Origin: Eledone cirrhosa
Lineage: Eukaryota
Assembly: GCA_964016885.1 (NCBI GenBank)
Contig: OZ024762.1
Span: 23,746,001 to 23,810,000 of the forward strand
Reading direction: 5' to 3'
DNA length: 64,000 nt
Made by a program: the position numbers and the translations under genes. The notes under the pieces are model-generated. The model was given only the letters and a program-made list of their open reading frames with translations, ran no database searches and had not been told where the DNA came from. The first letter of the stretch is position 1. Every line of letters starts with the position of its first letter. This document shows, one piece after another, positions 52,597-63,422 of the stretch.

Positions 52597-52723
52597 TATA
52601 TATATTATATATATATTATATATATATTATATATATATATTTTGGAAAAATTTGAACAGGGACAAAACAGAGAGGCAGTACAACAAATGTTTATTAATTT
52701 CAGGCTCTGGAGAGTGGAGTGTT

Positions 52724-52772
<49 letters not shown>

Positions 52773-52900
52773 GTAGAACACGGGAAGGTTATATCCATAG
52801 TAGTAGACCAATCAGTCCATGGGACGAGTTTGGTACAAGTAGTTCCACAACAGTTCACCATACCGAGAACAAATGTTTCACCACATTCGGATATTCAAAG

Positions 52901-52941
52901 CCAAGCTGAGGATCCAAATAAGGTGAAACATTTGTTCTCGG
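52901..52941 (+). ncRNA. Duplicate of the 48481 hammerhead fold
   Basis: Identical sequence. Confidence 0.55.
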
Positions 52942-52979
52942 TATGGTGAATTACTTTGTTAAACATTCATAACCTTCCA

Positions 52980-55900
52980 GCTAGCTACCCCACACCCCTC
53001 CCTCCCGCCCCCACACGCCACCATACTTAATACGTGGACCAATCATAAGCCAGAGCCCCCCCCCCCCGCATCACCACCATTATTATAAGCCAGAGCCACC
53101 CACCCCCACCCCCACGCATCACCATTATTATTATTACGCGGACCAAATCATAAGCCAGAGGCCTATACTATCGCTTGCCCGGTTGCCTTCGATATACGAT
53201 GGATGGATGGATGGACGGACGGACTGCGGAATCCTTGGAGAGTGGAAGGGAGAGAAAAATCTGGACGCCCAGAGCGAAAATGCCAAAGTTAAAGTCAAAT
53301 TCACCTCGTGGACGAGAATGCGAGCACTCCTCTTTGTTTCGTCCGCGGATGGCTAACATAACCCTATCTCCTCCCGCCCCCCACCACCCCCACCCTCCAA
53401 ACGCAACCCAAAACTTCAGAGTTGGTACCATAAATGTAGGCACCCTAAAGGGGCGCGCTAACGAGGTTGTAGAAATGCTTGAACGTAAGGAGGTCGATGT
53501 TTGTTGTATTCAAGAGACCAGGTGGAGGGGTGGGTCTGCTAGATTCATTGAGGGTAAAAAACGATGTTATAAGCTTTTCTGGGTGGGAAACGACGATGGG
53601 CTGGGTGGAGTAGGAATCATGGTAGCAGAAAAGTGGGCAGATAAGATAATAGACGTAAATAGAGTGAACGACAGAATAATTAAAATAAGACTTGTCCTCA
53701 ATAGAACTACGGTGACAGTAATATCTGCGTACGCACCCCAATCCGGACTGCCCGGCACTATAAAAGACAGATTCTATGAGACACTGTTGCTAACTACCTC
53801 CCAAATATCTGACAGTGACTATATAATTATTGCAGGCGACCTAAATGGTCACGTTGGACAACATTGTGACGGCTATGACGAAATCCATGGAGGCTATGGG
53901 TTTGGTACTAGAAATGAGGAAGGCTCCAGAATTCTGGAATACTGTGATGCAAATAACCTAACTATCTGTAACACTAACTTCAAAAAACGTGACAATCACC
54001 TGATTACCTATAGATCCGGGGAACACACAAGCCAGGTAGATTATATCCTTACCAGAAGACGTGACAGAGTGTCTGTTGTAAACACTAAATCCCTCCCCCA
54101 TGAAGAATGCACCTCCCAACATAGACTGATAATTAGCGACCTCATAGTCAGGACGAGACGCACCCGACAGCAGAAGAGGACTATCCTCAGGAGGAAAATA
54201 TGGAAACTAAAAGACCCCACAGCCAGAAATAAATTTCAAAGCATATTACTTGATGCTTTCGACAGTAAGGAAGAGCATCTAGAATCGGACAATATAGAGG
54301 GACAGTGGAAATTTCTGAAAGCTAACCTGCTGTTGGCGACAGACGAAGTCTGTGGCTGGAGCAGGCCTGTAGGCAGGAGGAGAGTAACATGGTGGTGGAA
54401 CAGTAAGGTGGAGGGGTCAATTAAGGCCAAAAAGCAGGCTTGGAAAGTATGGCGGGATGGGGGAAGTAGAGTAGACTATCAAGTGGCCAGGAGGGAAGCT
54501 AGGAGAGAAGTGTACTTAGCAAGAAGGGAAGCTGAGGAAAGAAAGTTCAAGCATGTTCTACAACGCGATGACCAAAAACGTGAGGTGTTCAGGATTGCCA
54601 GGCAATGCGTCAAGGAAAACCGTGATATTGTCGGGGAGAAGTGTGTACTTAACGATGATGGCATACTTGCCATCACCGACACTGATAAGAAGGTAGCTTG
54701 GAAGTGTCACTATGAAAGGCTACTAAATGAGGAGAATAAATGGGAGAAAGACAGTCTCCCCCATATCGACCCGATAGAGGGACCAGCAGTGTTAGTCGAG
54801 GGGAGTATAATAAGTAAGGCAATCAAGGATATGAAGACTGGTAAGGCGGCTGGGCCTTCGGAAATAGTTGCTGAGATGCTGAAGGCATCTGGCACGGTGG
54901 GACACACCATGGTCACCCGCATAGTTAACCAAGTCGTACAGAATGGGGTTGTTCCGAAGGACTGGCATAGCAGCATCATCGTTAACTGTTATAAGGGTAA
55001 AGGAGACGCCCTAGATAGGAGTAACTATAGAGGCATTAAATTAATCGACCAGGTCATGAAGGTCACGGAAAAAGTAATAGCGCAACTAATCAGAGAGAGA
55101 ATTGATCTAGATGAAATGCAGTTCGGGTTTGTGTCAGGCAAAAGCACCACAGACGCTCTTTTCATAGTACGACAACTACAGGAGAAGTACCTAGCTAAAG
55201 GTAAACCCCTCTACTTAGCTTTTGTCGACCTGGAGAAAGCCTTCGACAGAGTCCCCCGCTCCATTATCTGGTGGGCTCTTAGAAAACTAGGCGTTGACGA
55301 ATGGCTTGTGAGGGCTATACAAGCCATGTATAAAGAAACAGTCAGCAAGGTTAGAATTAACAACGAATATAGTGAAGAGTTTAGCGTAAAAGTTGGCGTC
55401 CATCAGGGCTCTGTTCTCAGCCCCCTACTATTTATTATTGCCCTTCAGGCTATAACAGAGGAGTTCAAGACAGGCTGCCCATGGGAACTCCTATACGCAG
55501 ACGACCTGACACTCATAGCGGAATCAATGGCCGAGCTAGAGAAGAAATTCCAAACATGGAAGCACGGCCTAGAGTCAAAAGGACTTAAAATTAACCTGGC
55601 TAAGACCAAAGTTCTAGTTTGTAGGAAAGAAAACAAGGCGGCGGTCCCTTCTGGGAAATGGTCGTGCTCGGTATGTAGGAAAGGCGTAGGTAGAAACTCC
55701 ATCTTATGTCCTAAATGCAAAGTATGGGTGCATAAAAGATGTAGTGGGATCACAGGTAAGCTAACTAAGAACATAGACTTTACATGTGGCCGGTGTTCTG
55801 GTGCAATAAGTAGCAGCAAGTGCCCACAAAATACTAGCTCTTTCAATTGCGCAGAGGGTTTTATAGAAATAGTGGACAGCTTCCGTTACCTGGGCGATAA

Positions 55901-56817
55901 AATCAGCAGTGGGGGAGGGTGCTCTGAAAGTACTGTAGCTAGAGTCAGAACTGGTTGGAAAAAGTTCAGAGAGCTTATACCACTATTAGCTGCTAAAGGG
56001 TTCTCCCTAAAAATGAAAGGCAGGTTGTACGATGCCTGCATACGAACAGCAATGTTGCATGGCAGTGAGACCTGGGCATTGTGTGCAGAGGATATACGCA
56101 GACTAGAGAGGAACGAAGCTTGCATGCTCCGCTGGATGTGTAACAGTAATATACGTGAACGGCAAAGCATAAACGAACTAAGGAAAAAATTAGAGATAAG
56201 AGGGATCAGATGTTGTTTACTCGAGAGAAGGCTGCGTTGGTATGGACACGTGATGCGCATGAAAGTCGATAGCTGTATTACAAAGTGCAGGGCAATAAAG
56301 ATAGACGGTAGCCACGGAATAGGCAGACCTAGAAAAACATGGGATGAGCTGATAAACTCCGACCTCACACACTTACACCTCTCCAAGACAATGTCACTGG
56401 ACCGTGACCTTTGGCGGTACTCAGTAACAGAGAAGACCCGCCTTGCCAGTAGGCATCTCTAACAAAATACACCCCTCCCGCCGCCACCCCCACCCCATCC
56501 ACACCACCCCGTTCTATGTAAAGTTATGTTGGTGCCGCGCCATCCAGGCCGAAACAAATGAGATCGTGTAGGTGTCACGACAAAAAAACACACAGTCCAC
56601 GCTGTAATGTGGCCGTGTAGGCAACACGGTAAAAACCTCCCAGACCCACACTGTAAATGTGGTTGGTGTTAGGAAGGGCATCCAACTGTAGAAAACCTGC
56701 CAGACAGTCCTATGCGAGCAAGACAATCACTCTTGCCTCAAGTGGGACTACCCCCGTCCAAACCCATGCAAGCGTGGAACACGGACGTTAAACGTTGATG
56801 ATGATGATGATGATGAT
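52980..56817 (+). mobile_element. RTE-clade LINE, copy 2
   Basis: Same as copy 1, offset 4419 bp. Confidence 0.9.
53175..56462 (+). CDS. APE/RT polyprotein with PHD-type insertion, identical translation to copy 1
   Basis: Same 1095-aa translation in the ORF track. Confidence 0.95.
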   Translation: MPGCLRYTMDGWMDGRTAESLESGRERKIWTPRAKMPKLKSNSPRGRECEHSSLFRPRMANITLSPPAPHHPHPPNATQNFRVGTINVGTLKGRANEVVEMLERKEVDVCCIQETRWRGGSARFIEGKKRCYKLFWVGNDDGLGGVGIMVAEKWADKIIDVNRVNDRIIKIRLVLNRTTVTVISAYAPQSGLPGTIKDRFYETLLLTTSQISDSDYIIIAGDLNGHVGQHCDGYDEIHGGYGFGTRNEEGSRILEYCDANNLTICNTNFKKRDNHLITYRSGEHTSQVDYILTRRRDRVSVVNTKSLPHEECTSQHRLIISDLIVRTRRTRQQKRTILRRKIWKLKDPTARNKFQSILLDAFDSKEEHLESDNIEGQWKFLKANLLLATDEVCGWSRPVGRRRVTWWWNSKVEGSIKAKKQAWKVWRDGGSRVDYQVARREARREVYLARREAEERKFKHVLQRDDQKREVFRIARQCVKENRDIVGEKCVLNDDGILAITDTDKKVAWKCHYERLLNEENKWEKDSLPHIDPIEGPAVLVEGSIISKAIKDMKTGKAAGPSEIVAEMLKASGTVGHTMVTRIVNQVVQNGVVPKDWHSSIIVNCYKGKGDALDRSNYRGIKLIDQVMKVTEKVIAQLIRERIDLDEMQFGFVSGKSTTDALFIVRQLQEKYLAKGKPLYLAFVDLEKAFDRVPRSIIWWALRKLGVDEWLVRAIQAMYKETVSKVRINNEYSEEFSVKVGVHQGSVLSPLLFIIALQAITEEFKTGCPWELLYADDLTLIAESMAELEKKFQTWKHGLESKGLKINLAKTKVLVCRKENKAAVPSGKWSCSVCRKGVGRNSILCPKCKVWVHKRCSGITGKLTKNIDFTCGRCSGAISSSKCPQNTSSFNCAEGFIEIVDSFRYLGDKISSGGGCSESTVARVRTGWKKFRELIPLLAAKGFSLKMKGRLYDACIRTAMLHGSETWALCAEDIRRLERNEACMLRWMCNSNIRERQSINELRKKLEIRGIRCCLLERRLRWYGHVMRMKVDSCITKCRAIKIDGSHGIGRPRKTWDELINSDLTHLHLSKTMSLDRDLWRYSVTEKTRLASRHL

Positions 56818-56826
56818 AAGTATAAT

Positions 56827-57015
56827 GGCGGTGGATTGGGAGTATCGGTAGAGGGTCGGACGCCATGCTTTCCAGCATAGTTACGTCCCTTTACGATCTG
56901 AGTTCAAATCCCGCCGAGGTTGATTTTGCCTTTCATCCTTACGGGGTCGATAAAATAAAGTACCAGTAATGCACTGGGTAATTGCTGGCCTTGTGCCAAA
57001 AGTAGAAACAATTAT
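56827..57015 (+). mobile_element. SINE S1, full length, TSD TAAGTATAAT
   Basis: TAAGTATAAT at 56817 and 57016. Confidence 0.9.
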
Positions 57016-57025
57016 TAAGTATAAT

Positions 57026-57200
57026 TGTTTCTATTTTTGGCACAAGGTCAGTAATTATCCCAGTACATTACTGGTACTTTATTTTATCGACCCCGTAAGG
57101 ATGAAAGGCGAAGATTTAAACTCAGACCATAAAGGGCCGTAATTATTTGCTGCAAAGCATGGTGTCAGACCCTCTACCAGTACTGCCAATCCACCACCCT
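57026..57200 (-). mobile_element. SINE S1, near full length, inverted
   Basis: Reverse complement; followed by a third TAAGTATAAT at 57208. Confidence 0.88.
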
Positions 57201-57217
57201 TCATTATTAAGTATAAT

Positions 57218-57326
57218 CGTTTCTACTTTTGGCACAGGGCCAGCAATTAACCAGGGTATTACTGGTATATTATTTTATTGACCCCCGTAAGGATGAAAGG
57301 CAAAGTTAACCTCGGCGGGATTTGAA
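57218..57326 (-). mobile_element. SINE S1, 5'-truncated, inverted
   Basis: Tail, core and partial B-box. Confidence 0.85.
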
Positions 57327-57440
57327 TATTTACCCAACATTTCAACAGCATGTAGAAATCGACTAAATATACCGTCAGCCATACCTAATTAGGTATAAAT
57401 TTAAAGATAGAAGAAATGCGTACACTCTTACCATGATTAT

Positions 57441-57511
57441 GTCCCTACCCGGGTTTCGTTCGCGTTTTGAGATATCCTATTGAGAATAAATCTCAAGTAT
57501 CGAACTCATCA
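57441..57511 (-). ncRNA. Hammerhead fold truncated at C3
   Basis: Minus strand reads (a)TGATGA-GTTCG..TTGAGAT...ATCTCAA..CGAAC-GAAA-CCCGGG-TA-GGGAC; the 5' strand of stem I is replaced by microsatellite. Confidence 0.65.
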
Positions 57512-57533
57512 TGTATGTATATATATATATATA

Positions 57534-57598
<65 letters not shown>

Positions 57599-57688
57599 GT
57601 GTGTGTATATATGTATATACATATACATACATATATATATATATATGTATATACATATACATACATATATATATATACATATATATAC

Positions 57689-57838
<150 letters not shown>

Positions 57839-57869
57839 GCATATATATATATATACATATATATATATA

Positions 57870-57994
57870 GGTCCAGAATTAGCCGTCGAAACGGCTGGAG
57901 CTCAGCCGTCGGGGTCCTACTCGTTCCTACCCTAAGTATTGAGTACTTTGGTGCGTTATGGTCCACCTGGTTCCTTACCACATTTCCTTCGTTA
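57870..57994 (+). mobile_element. Family A element carrying the 3' half of a hammerhead
   Basis: GAAA-CGGCTG gagct CAGCCG-TC-ggggtc; flanked by (TA)n. Confidence 0.8.
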
Positions 57995-58065
57995 TATATA
58001 CATATATATATATAGAATAAGTAAAAGCGAAGTAGTTTCAGATGTTCAAGTCCTTTAATAATAAT

Positions 58066-58140
58066 GCTGTGATATATATTTCAATGATGACACTGGCCAC
58101 ACTGTTCTGTGTGGCCAGTGTCGTGACATCATCAGACTTG
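58066..58140 (-). ncRNA. Hammerhead fold with 14-bp stem II and weak stem I
   Basis: Minus strand reads caagt-CTGATGA-tgtcac GACACTGGCCACAC agaaca GTGTGGCCAGTGTC atcatt-GAAA-TATATA-TC-acagc. Confidence 0.6.
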
Positions 58141-58360
58141 TTACATAATAAGGTTATGTTTCCGAGGCAATCCAAGTTGAATCGACATGGGAGCGGACGA
58201 AGTGTGTGCTTTTGGGTTCTTCGTCCGTGCCCCTGTGAGTACCAATTCACCCCCACCCGAAGAAATTTGACCATTAGCTACCGCAGATTTCAACGAAATT
58301 CGCTTAGTCAGTTCATCCTCTCAGCCAAACAATGACCCGTTTAGGCCTGTACCATAGTTA

Positions 58361-58422
<62 letters not shown>

Positions 58423-58459
58423 CATATATGTGTATATATATATATATATGTGTGTGTAT

Positions 58460-58793
58460 ATCATCATCATCATTTTACGTCCGCTTTTCCCTGCTTGCAA
58501 GGGTGGGACGGGAACTGATTCTGGCTTGATTTCTACAGCTGGATGCCCTTCCTAACACCAACCTCATTTACAGTGAGTGCTGGATGCTTTTTTGCCATGG
58601 CACCTACACGACCACTTTGCAGTGGAATGATAGGGACCCCAGTTCCTATCATCTCATTTCTACAGCTGAGTAAACTGGAGCAATGTGAAATAAAGTGTCT
58701 TGCTCAAGGAAACAACACATCGCCCGGTCTGAGAATTGAACTCACAACCTTTTGATTGCAAGGCCAATGCTCTAACCACTAAGCCATGTGCCT
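58460..58793 (-). mobile_element. tRNA-derived SINE S2, full length, with RTE-derived 3' tail
   Basis: Head TGGCTTAGTGGTTAGA...GAGTTCAATTC; tail CACTGTAAATG.GGTTGGTGTTAGGAAGGGCATCCA.CTGTAGAAA...CGGACGT.AAA(TGA)n matching the LINE 3' UTR at 52228-52398. Confidence 0.85.
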
Positions 58794-58799
58794 CCATTG

Positions 58800-58875
<76 letters not shown>

Positions 58876-60294
58876 TTTACATATTTGTTATATCACACAT
58901 CACAGCAATGGCTGAAATATGTTTTGTTTTATTATGTGTAGTTAGATGTTTCAGATTGTTTAGTATATGATGATGAATCCATCATTAATGTGAGTGGGTG
59001 GTGTGTGAGGTATGGTCTGTTGTATGTGCATGGTCTGCGTGTGTGTGTGTGTGGTCTGTGTGTGGTATGGTCTGTTATATATGTGTGTGTATGGTCTGTG
59101 TGTGTGTGGTATGGTCTGTTATATGTGTGTGTGAATTTATGTATGAGTCATGTGAGGTGGGTGGCATGTGAGTTGTGGTGTGTGTTATGTGTGTGTGTGT
59201 GTGAATGTATGTGTGTGTGTGTGTATGTAATGTATAAGTCTGTTATGTATATATGTATGTGTGTATATATGTGTGTCTCTGTTATGTATATATGTGTGTG
59301 TGTGTGTGTGAATGTATATGTATGTATGTATGTAATGTATAAGTCTGTTATGTATATATGTATGTGTGTATATATGTGTGTCTCTGTTATGTATATATGT
59401 GGTATGTATGCAAGTGTATACATGTATATACTGTATGTCTGTTATGTATGTATATGTTATGAACGTATGTGTGTGTGTTATGTCTGTGGTATACACATAT
59501 ATATATGTGCGTATGCGTGTATATATCATATAATCTGGCCCTTTATAGCTCTTTATTCACAAGGGTCATACGATCTGACCCTTATATTGTAAAGAGAAGC
59601 CCTTTATTTGCTCTTTAATCACAGATAGAAGCCCTATTATATAGTTAACAGGTAACATAACTCACTCACCCCCAGAAACACGATAACCATCCCCACCACC
59701 ACCACTACCCCCCCCCCCCCCCCCTTCATCCCCATCCATCACCGTCACCACGTCCATCACCGTCACCACGTCCATCACCATCACCACGTCCATCACCGTC
59801 ACCACGTCCATCACCGTCACCACGTCCATCACCACAGCCACCACCACCACTATCACAACAAATACCAACACCACTACTGCCACCATCATCATTACCACCA
59901 CCACCACAATGACCTCTACCATTACCACCATCTCCATATCAACCACCACCACAACCACCACACCACAACCACCACTACCACCATATCAACCACCACTACC
60001 ACTACCACCACCTTTACTAAAAATTATCTTCATTAAAACTAACTAATTGCTTACACTATTTAAGCAATTATGTCTTATAAACTATCTGTTAATGCTGCAC
60101 CTATACTGTTGCACCAGAGTGCAGTATGATGCATTTTACAAATCGCACCAACATGCCCACGCACACATATATACATATATACACTAACTCGTACACACAC
60201 ACACTAACATGACACACACATAAACACACACCAACATGTAACAGACACAATCTCTCTTCCTCTTTAAAAATCTGTGAATTCTTTCCTTTTATGC

Positions 60295-60682
60295 TTAGCA
60301 GCATAGGGTTATGGCCCTTTACGTTCTGGGTTCAAATCCTGCCGAGGTTAGCTTTGCCTTTCATTATTTTGTGGTCGATGAAAGTTGTGGATTGGCAGAA
60401 TTGGTAGAGCGTCAGACACCATGCGTTGCAGCATAGAGTTAAGGCTCTTTATGTTCAAATCCCACCGAGGTTAGCTTTGCCTTTCATCCTTACAGGGTCG
60501 ATAAAATAAAGTACCAGTAATGTACTGGAGTTGATTTAATCGAATTTCCACTCCCCCCCCCCCCCCTCTCCAATTGTCCTTTTGCCTAATTCAGAAACCA
60601 TTATTATTGTCGATAAAATAAAATACCAGTAATACACTGGGCAATTGCTAGCCTTGTGCCAGAAGTAGAAACAATTATTATT
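60295..60682 (+). mobile_element. Cluster of three S1 SINE pieces
   Basis: Two B-box/core segments and two tails in tandem. Confidence 0.8.
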
Positions 60683-60699
60683 ATTGTTAATATTATTAT

Positions 60700-61605
60700 T
60701 ACCAAATACCACCAACAGCACCACCACCACCAACAGCACCATCATCAACAACAGCAACACCACCACCACCAATATCACCACCACTACTAACAATACTAAT
60801 ATCACCACCAACAGCAACACCACTACCACAAATTCCACCAGCACACACCATCATCACCACAACCATCAATATCGACGACAACTCACACCACCAATACCAC
60901 CACTACACCACCACTACCAACAGCACCACCACCACCACCAACAAGAACACCACCAACACCACCAACAAAACTATAACCAACACTAAGACAACTAACCCCA
61001 ACACCTAACTTTCAGCAACATCACCACCATCACCAACACCAGTACAACCAACACCATCACCACCAATACCACCACCAACAACACCAACAACACCAACACC
61101 ACCATCACCAACACCAGTACAACCAACACCATCACCACCAATACCACCACCAACAACACCAACAACACCAACACCACCATCACCAACACCAGTACAACCA
61201 ACACCATCACCTCCAATACCACCACCAACAACACCAACACCACCATCACCAACACCAGTACAACCAACACCATCACCTCCAATACCACCACCAACAACAC
61301 CAACAACACCAACACCACCATCACCAACACCAGTACAACCAACACCATCACCACCAATACCACCACCAACAACACCAACACCACCATCACCAACACCAGT
61401 ACAACCAACACCATCACCTCCAATACCACCACCAACAACACCAACACCACCACTATCAACACCATCACCACCATCACCAACACCAGTACAACCAACACCA
61501 TCACCACCAATACCACCACCAACAACACCAATACCACCACTATCAACAACATCACCAGCAACACCATTACCACCACCACCAATACAACCAACACCAACCC
61601 CAACA
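60700..61605. repeat. (ACC/AAC)n field with ~63-72-bp higher-order units
   Basis: CACCAGTACAACCAACACCATCACC recurs. Confidence 0.9.
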
Positions 61606-61884
61606 CGAAACTTTCAGTAATGTGTATCAACAAAACAGGTACACATCGGTGAACAATGCAATAAACCTGTGAGATCAAGCCAGAAATACCTTGCGGTCAT
61701 ATTTATTCTGCGTGAGATGAAAATCTATTCTTTTGGCACTTTTACCATTTATAACGCAATGGACCAACAATAGTTCCACTGGAAAATTATAAATAATGAT
61801 GCTATTATTCACAAAATATACGACATTTAAAAAAATATATATTATCTATCTCTCCAATCGCCTCATACCTCTCTTGTCCCAGCC

Positions 61885-62497
61885 TCCAGTCCACACAGTA
61901 AAGTGGTCGTTTTGGTGCTATAACAAAATGTGCCCAGTTCACATTGTGAAGTAGTCGTTTTGGTGCCTTGACAAAAATTGCCAATCCATACTGTAAAATG
62001 GTCGTCTTCGTGCTGTGACAAAAAGAACCCAGTCCACATTGTAAAGTGGATGGTTTGGTGCCATCACAAAAAGTGCCCAGTCCATACTGTGAAGCAGGCA
62101 TGGGCAACCTTTTTCGAGCAGTGGGCCACCTAAGATGTGGCTTATCATAAGGCAGGCCACACTACTAGAAAATTCAAGGCAAATTACGTGTGTCATTTAG
62201 AGAGCCAAATGGACTGCATGTGGTTCGCGGGCTGCAGTTTGCCCATGACTGCTGTAAAGTGTTCATTTTGGTGTGATGACAAAAAGTAGCCAGTTCATTC
62301 ATACTGTAAATGTGGTTGGTGTTAGGAACGGCACCCAGCCGTAGAAACCAAGCCAGAAATGACCATCCCTTGCTTATTCTAGAACTAAGTTCTAGAATAA
62401 GCAAGAGATGGTCATTTGCTCTGGCTTGACTCACAACAGGACAACTCTTCTAATCCATGCTAGCGTGGGAAAATGGACATTTAACAGTGATGATGAT
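61885..62497 (+). mobile_element. RTE 3'UTR-related element with an expanded ~49-bp subrepeat and (GAT)n tail
   Basis: CCAGTCCACA.TGTAAAGTGG.CGTTTTGGTGC..TGACAAAAA units, then ACTGTAAATGTGGTTGGTGTTAGGAA and CCATGCTAGCGTGG. Confidence 0.75.
62095..62251. mobile_element. hAT-type MITE nested in the subrepeat array
   Basis: TIRs CAGGCATGGGCAA / TTGCCCATGACTG; 8-bp TSD CTGTGAAG / CTGTAAAG. Confidence 0.85.
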
Positions 62498-62511
62498 ATG
62501 TATGTAACATA

Positions 62512-62881
62512 CATCATCATCATCATCGTTTTTACGCCCATTTTTCCACACTTGCATGGGTTGGACGGGTCCTTTTCAACACTACATCTTTCCATTTGTC
62601 ATGTTGGTTTGTGATCTATTTTGTGAATCTCGGTAATCTCAGATCAGCTCTCATGACCTCCATCCAGGTCTTCCTTGGTCTGCCTCTATTGCGGTTTCCT
62701 TCCAGTGGGATTTCCTGGCATTTTTTCACCTAGTGCTCATCATCCATGTGCATCACATGCTCATACCAACATAGTTCTGTCCCTTGTACACCATTTCAAG
62801 TTCCTCTTAAACCCAATTTCTCTCTCAGTCCATTCAAGCTCATCCTTCCTTTCACATTTACATTGCAAATCCAATGAAGCA
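62512..62881 (-). pseudogene. Decayed 3' end of an RTE related to the intact copies
   Basis: The minus strand gives MLHWICNVNVKGRMSLNGLREKLGLRG*..WYEHVMHM..RGRPRKTW, aligning to the intact ORF C-terminus; (GAT)n tail. Confidence 0.8.
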
Positions 62882-62999
62882 TATGTATATAAGCATATAT
62901 ATAAATGTATATATGTATGTATATAAGTGTATATAAATATATATATATATGTGTGTGTGTGTGTGCATGTAAATATATAACTGTATATGTATGTATATA

Positions 63000-63395
63000 A
63001 GTCTAGGTATTGAACCCACAACCATACAAACATGAGTCCAAAACCTTAACCACTAGGCCATAATGGGACTATTATCTCGCCAGTGTGTTGTTCTGCAACA
63101 TACACATCATCTGAAATGATATTCCCTCTTTCTCAAGAACACAATGCACCATTAGGTCTGGGAACTGAACCTATGTCCAGACAATTGAGAGTCCAACACC
63201 GTAGCCACTAGGCCAGTGTGTTGCTCTGTCATATAATTGAAATGAAGTGCCTTTATCTCAAGAACACAACACACCATTCGATCGGGTATTAAACCCACAA
63301 CCTTAAGATCATGAATTCGACACACTAACCATGATGTGCCCAGATCTTACAATTGCAAGTCCCAAACCCTAACTATTAGGCCATGATGTGCCCTC
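63000..63395 (-). mobile_element. Several decayed S2 SINE heads in tandem
   Basis: Repeated GAACCCACAACC...AACCACTAGGCCA motifs. Confidence 0.55.
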
Positions 63396-63422
63396 AATCC
63401 AGTCAATGTTCATCTGTATTAA

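Noticed and set aside
47974-57015. LTR retrotransposon interpretation of the direct repeats flanking an RT
   Set aside because: The repeats are ordinary S1 SINEs, and the ORF is APE-RT with no gag, protease or integrase.
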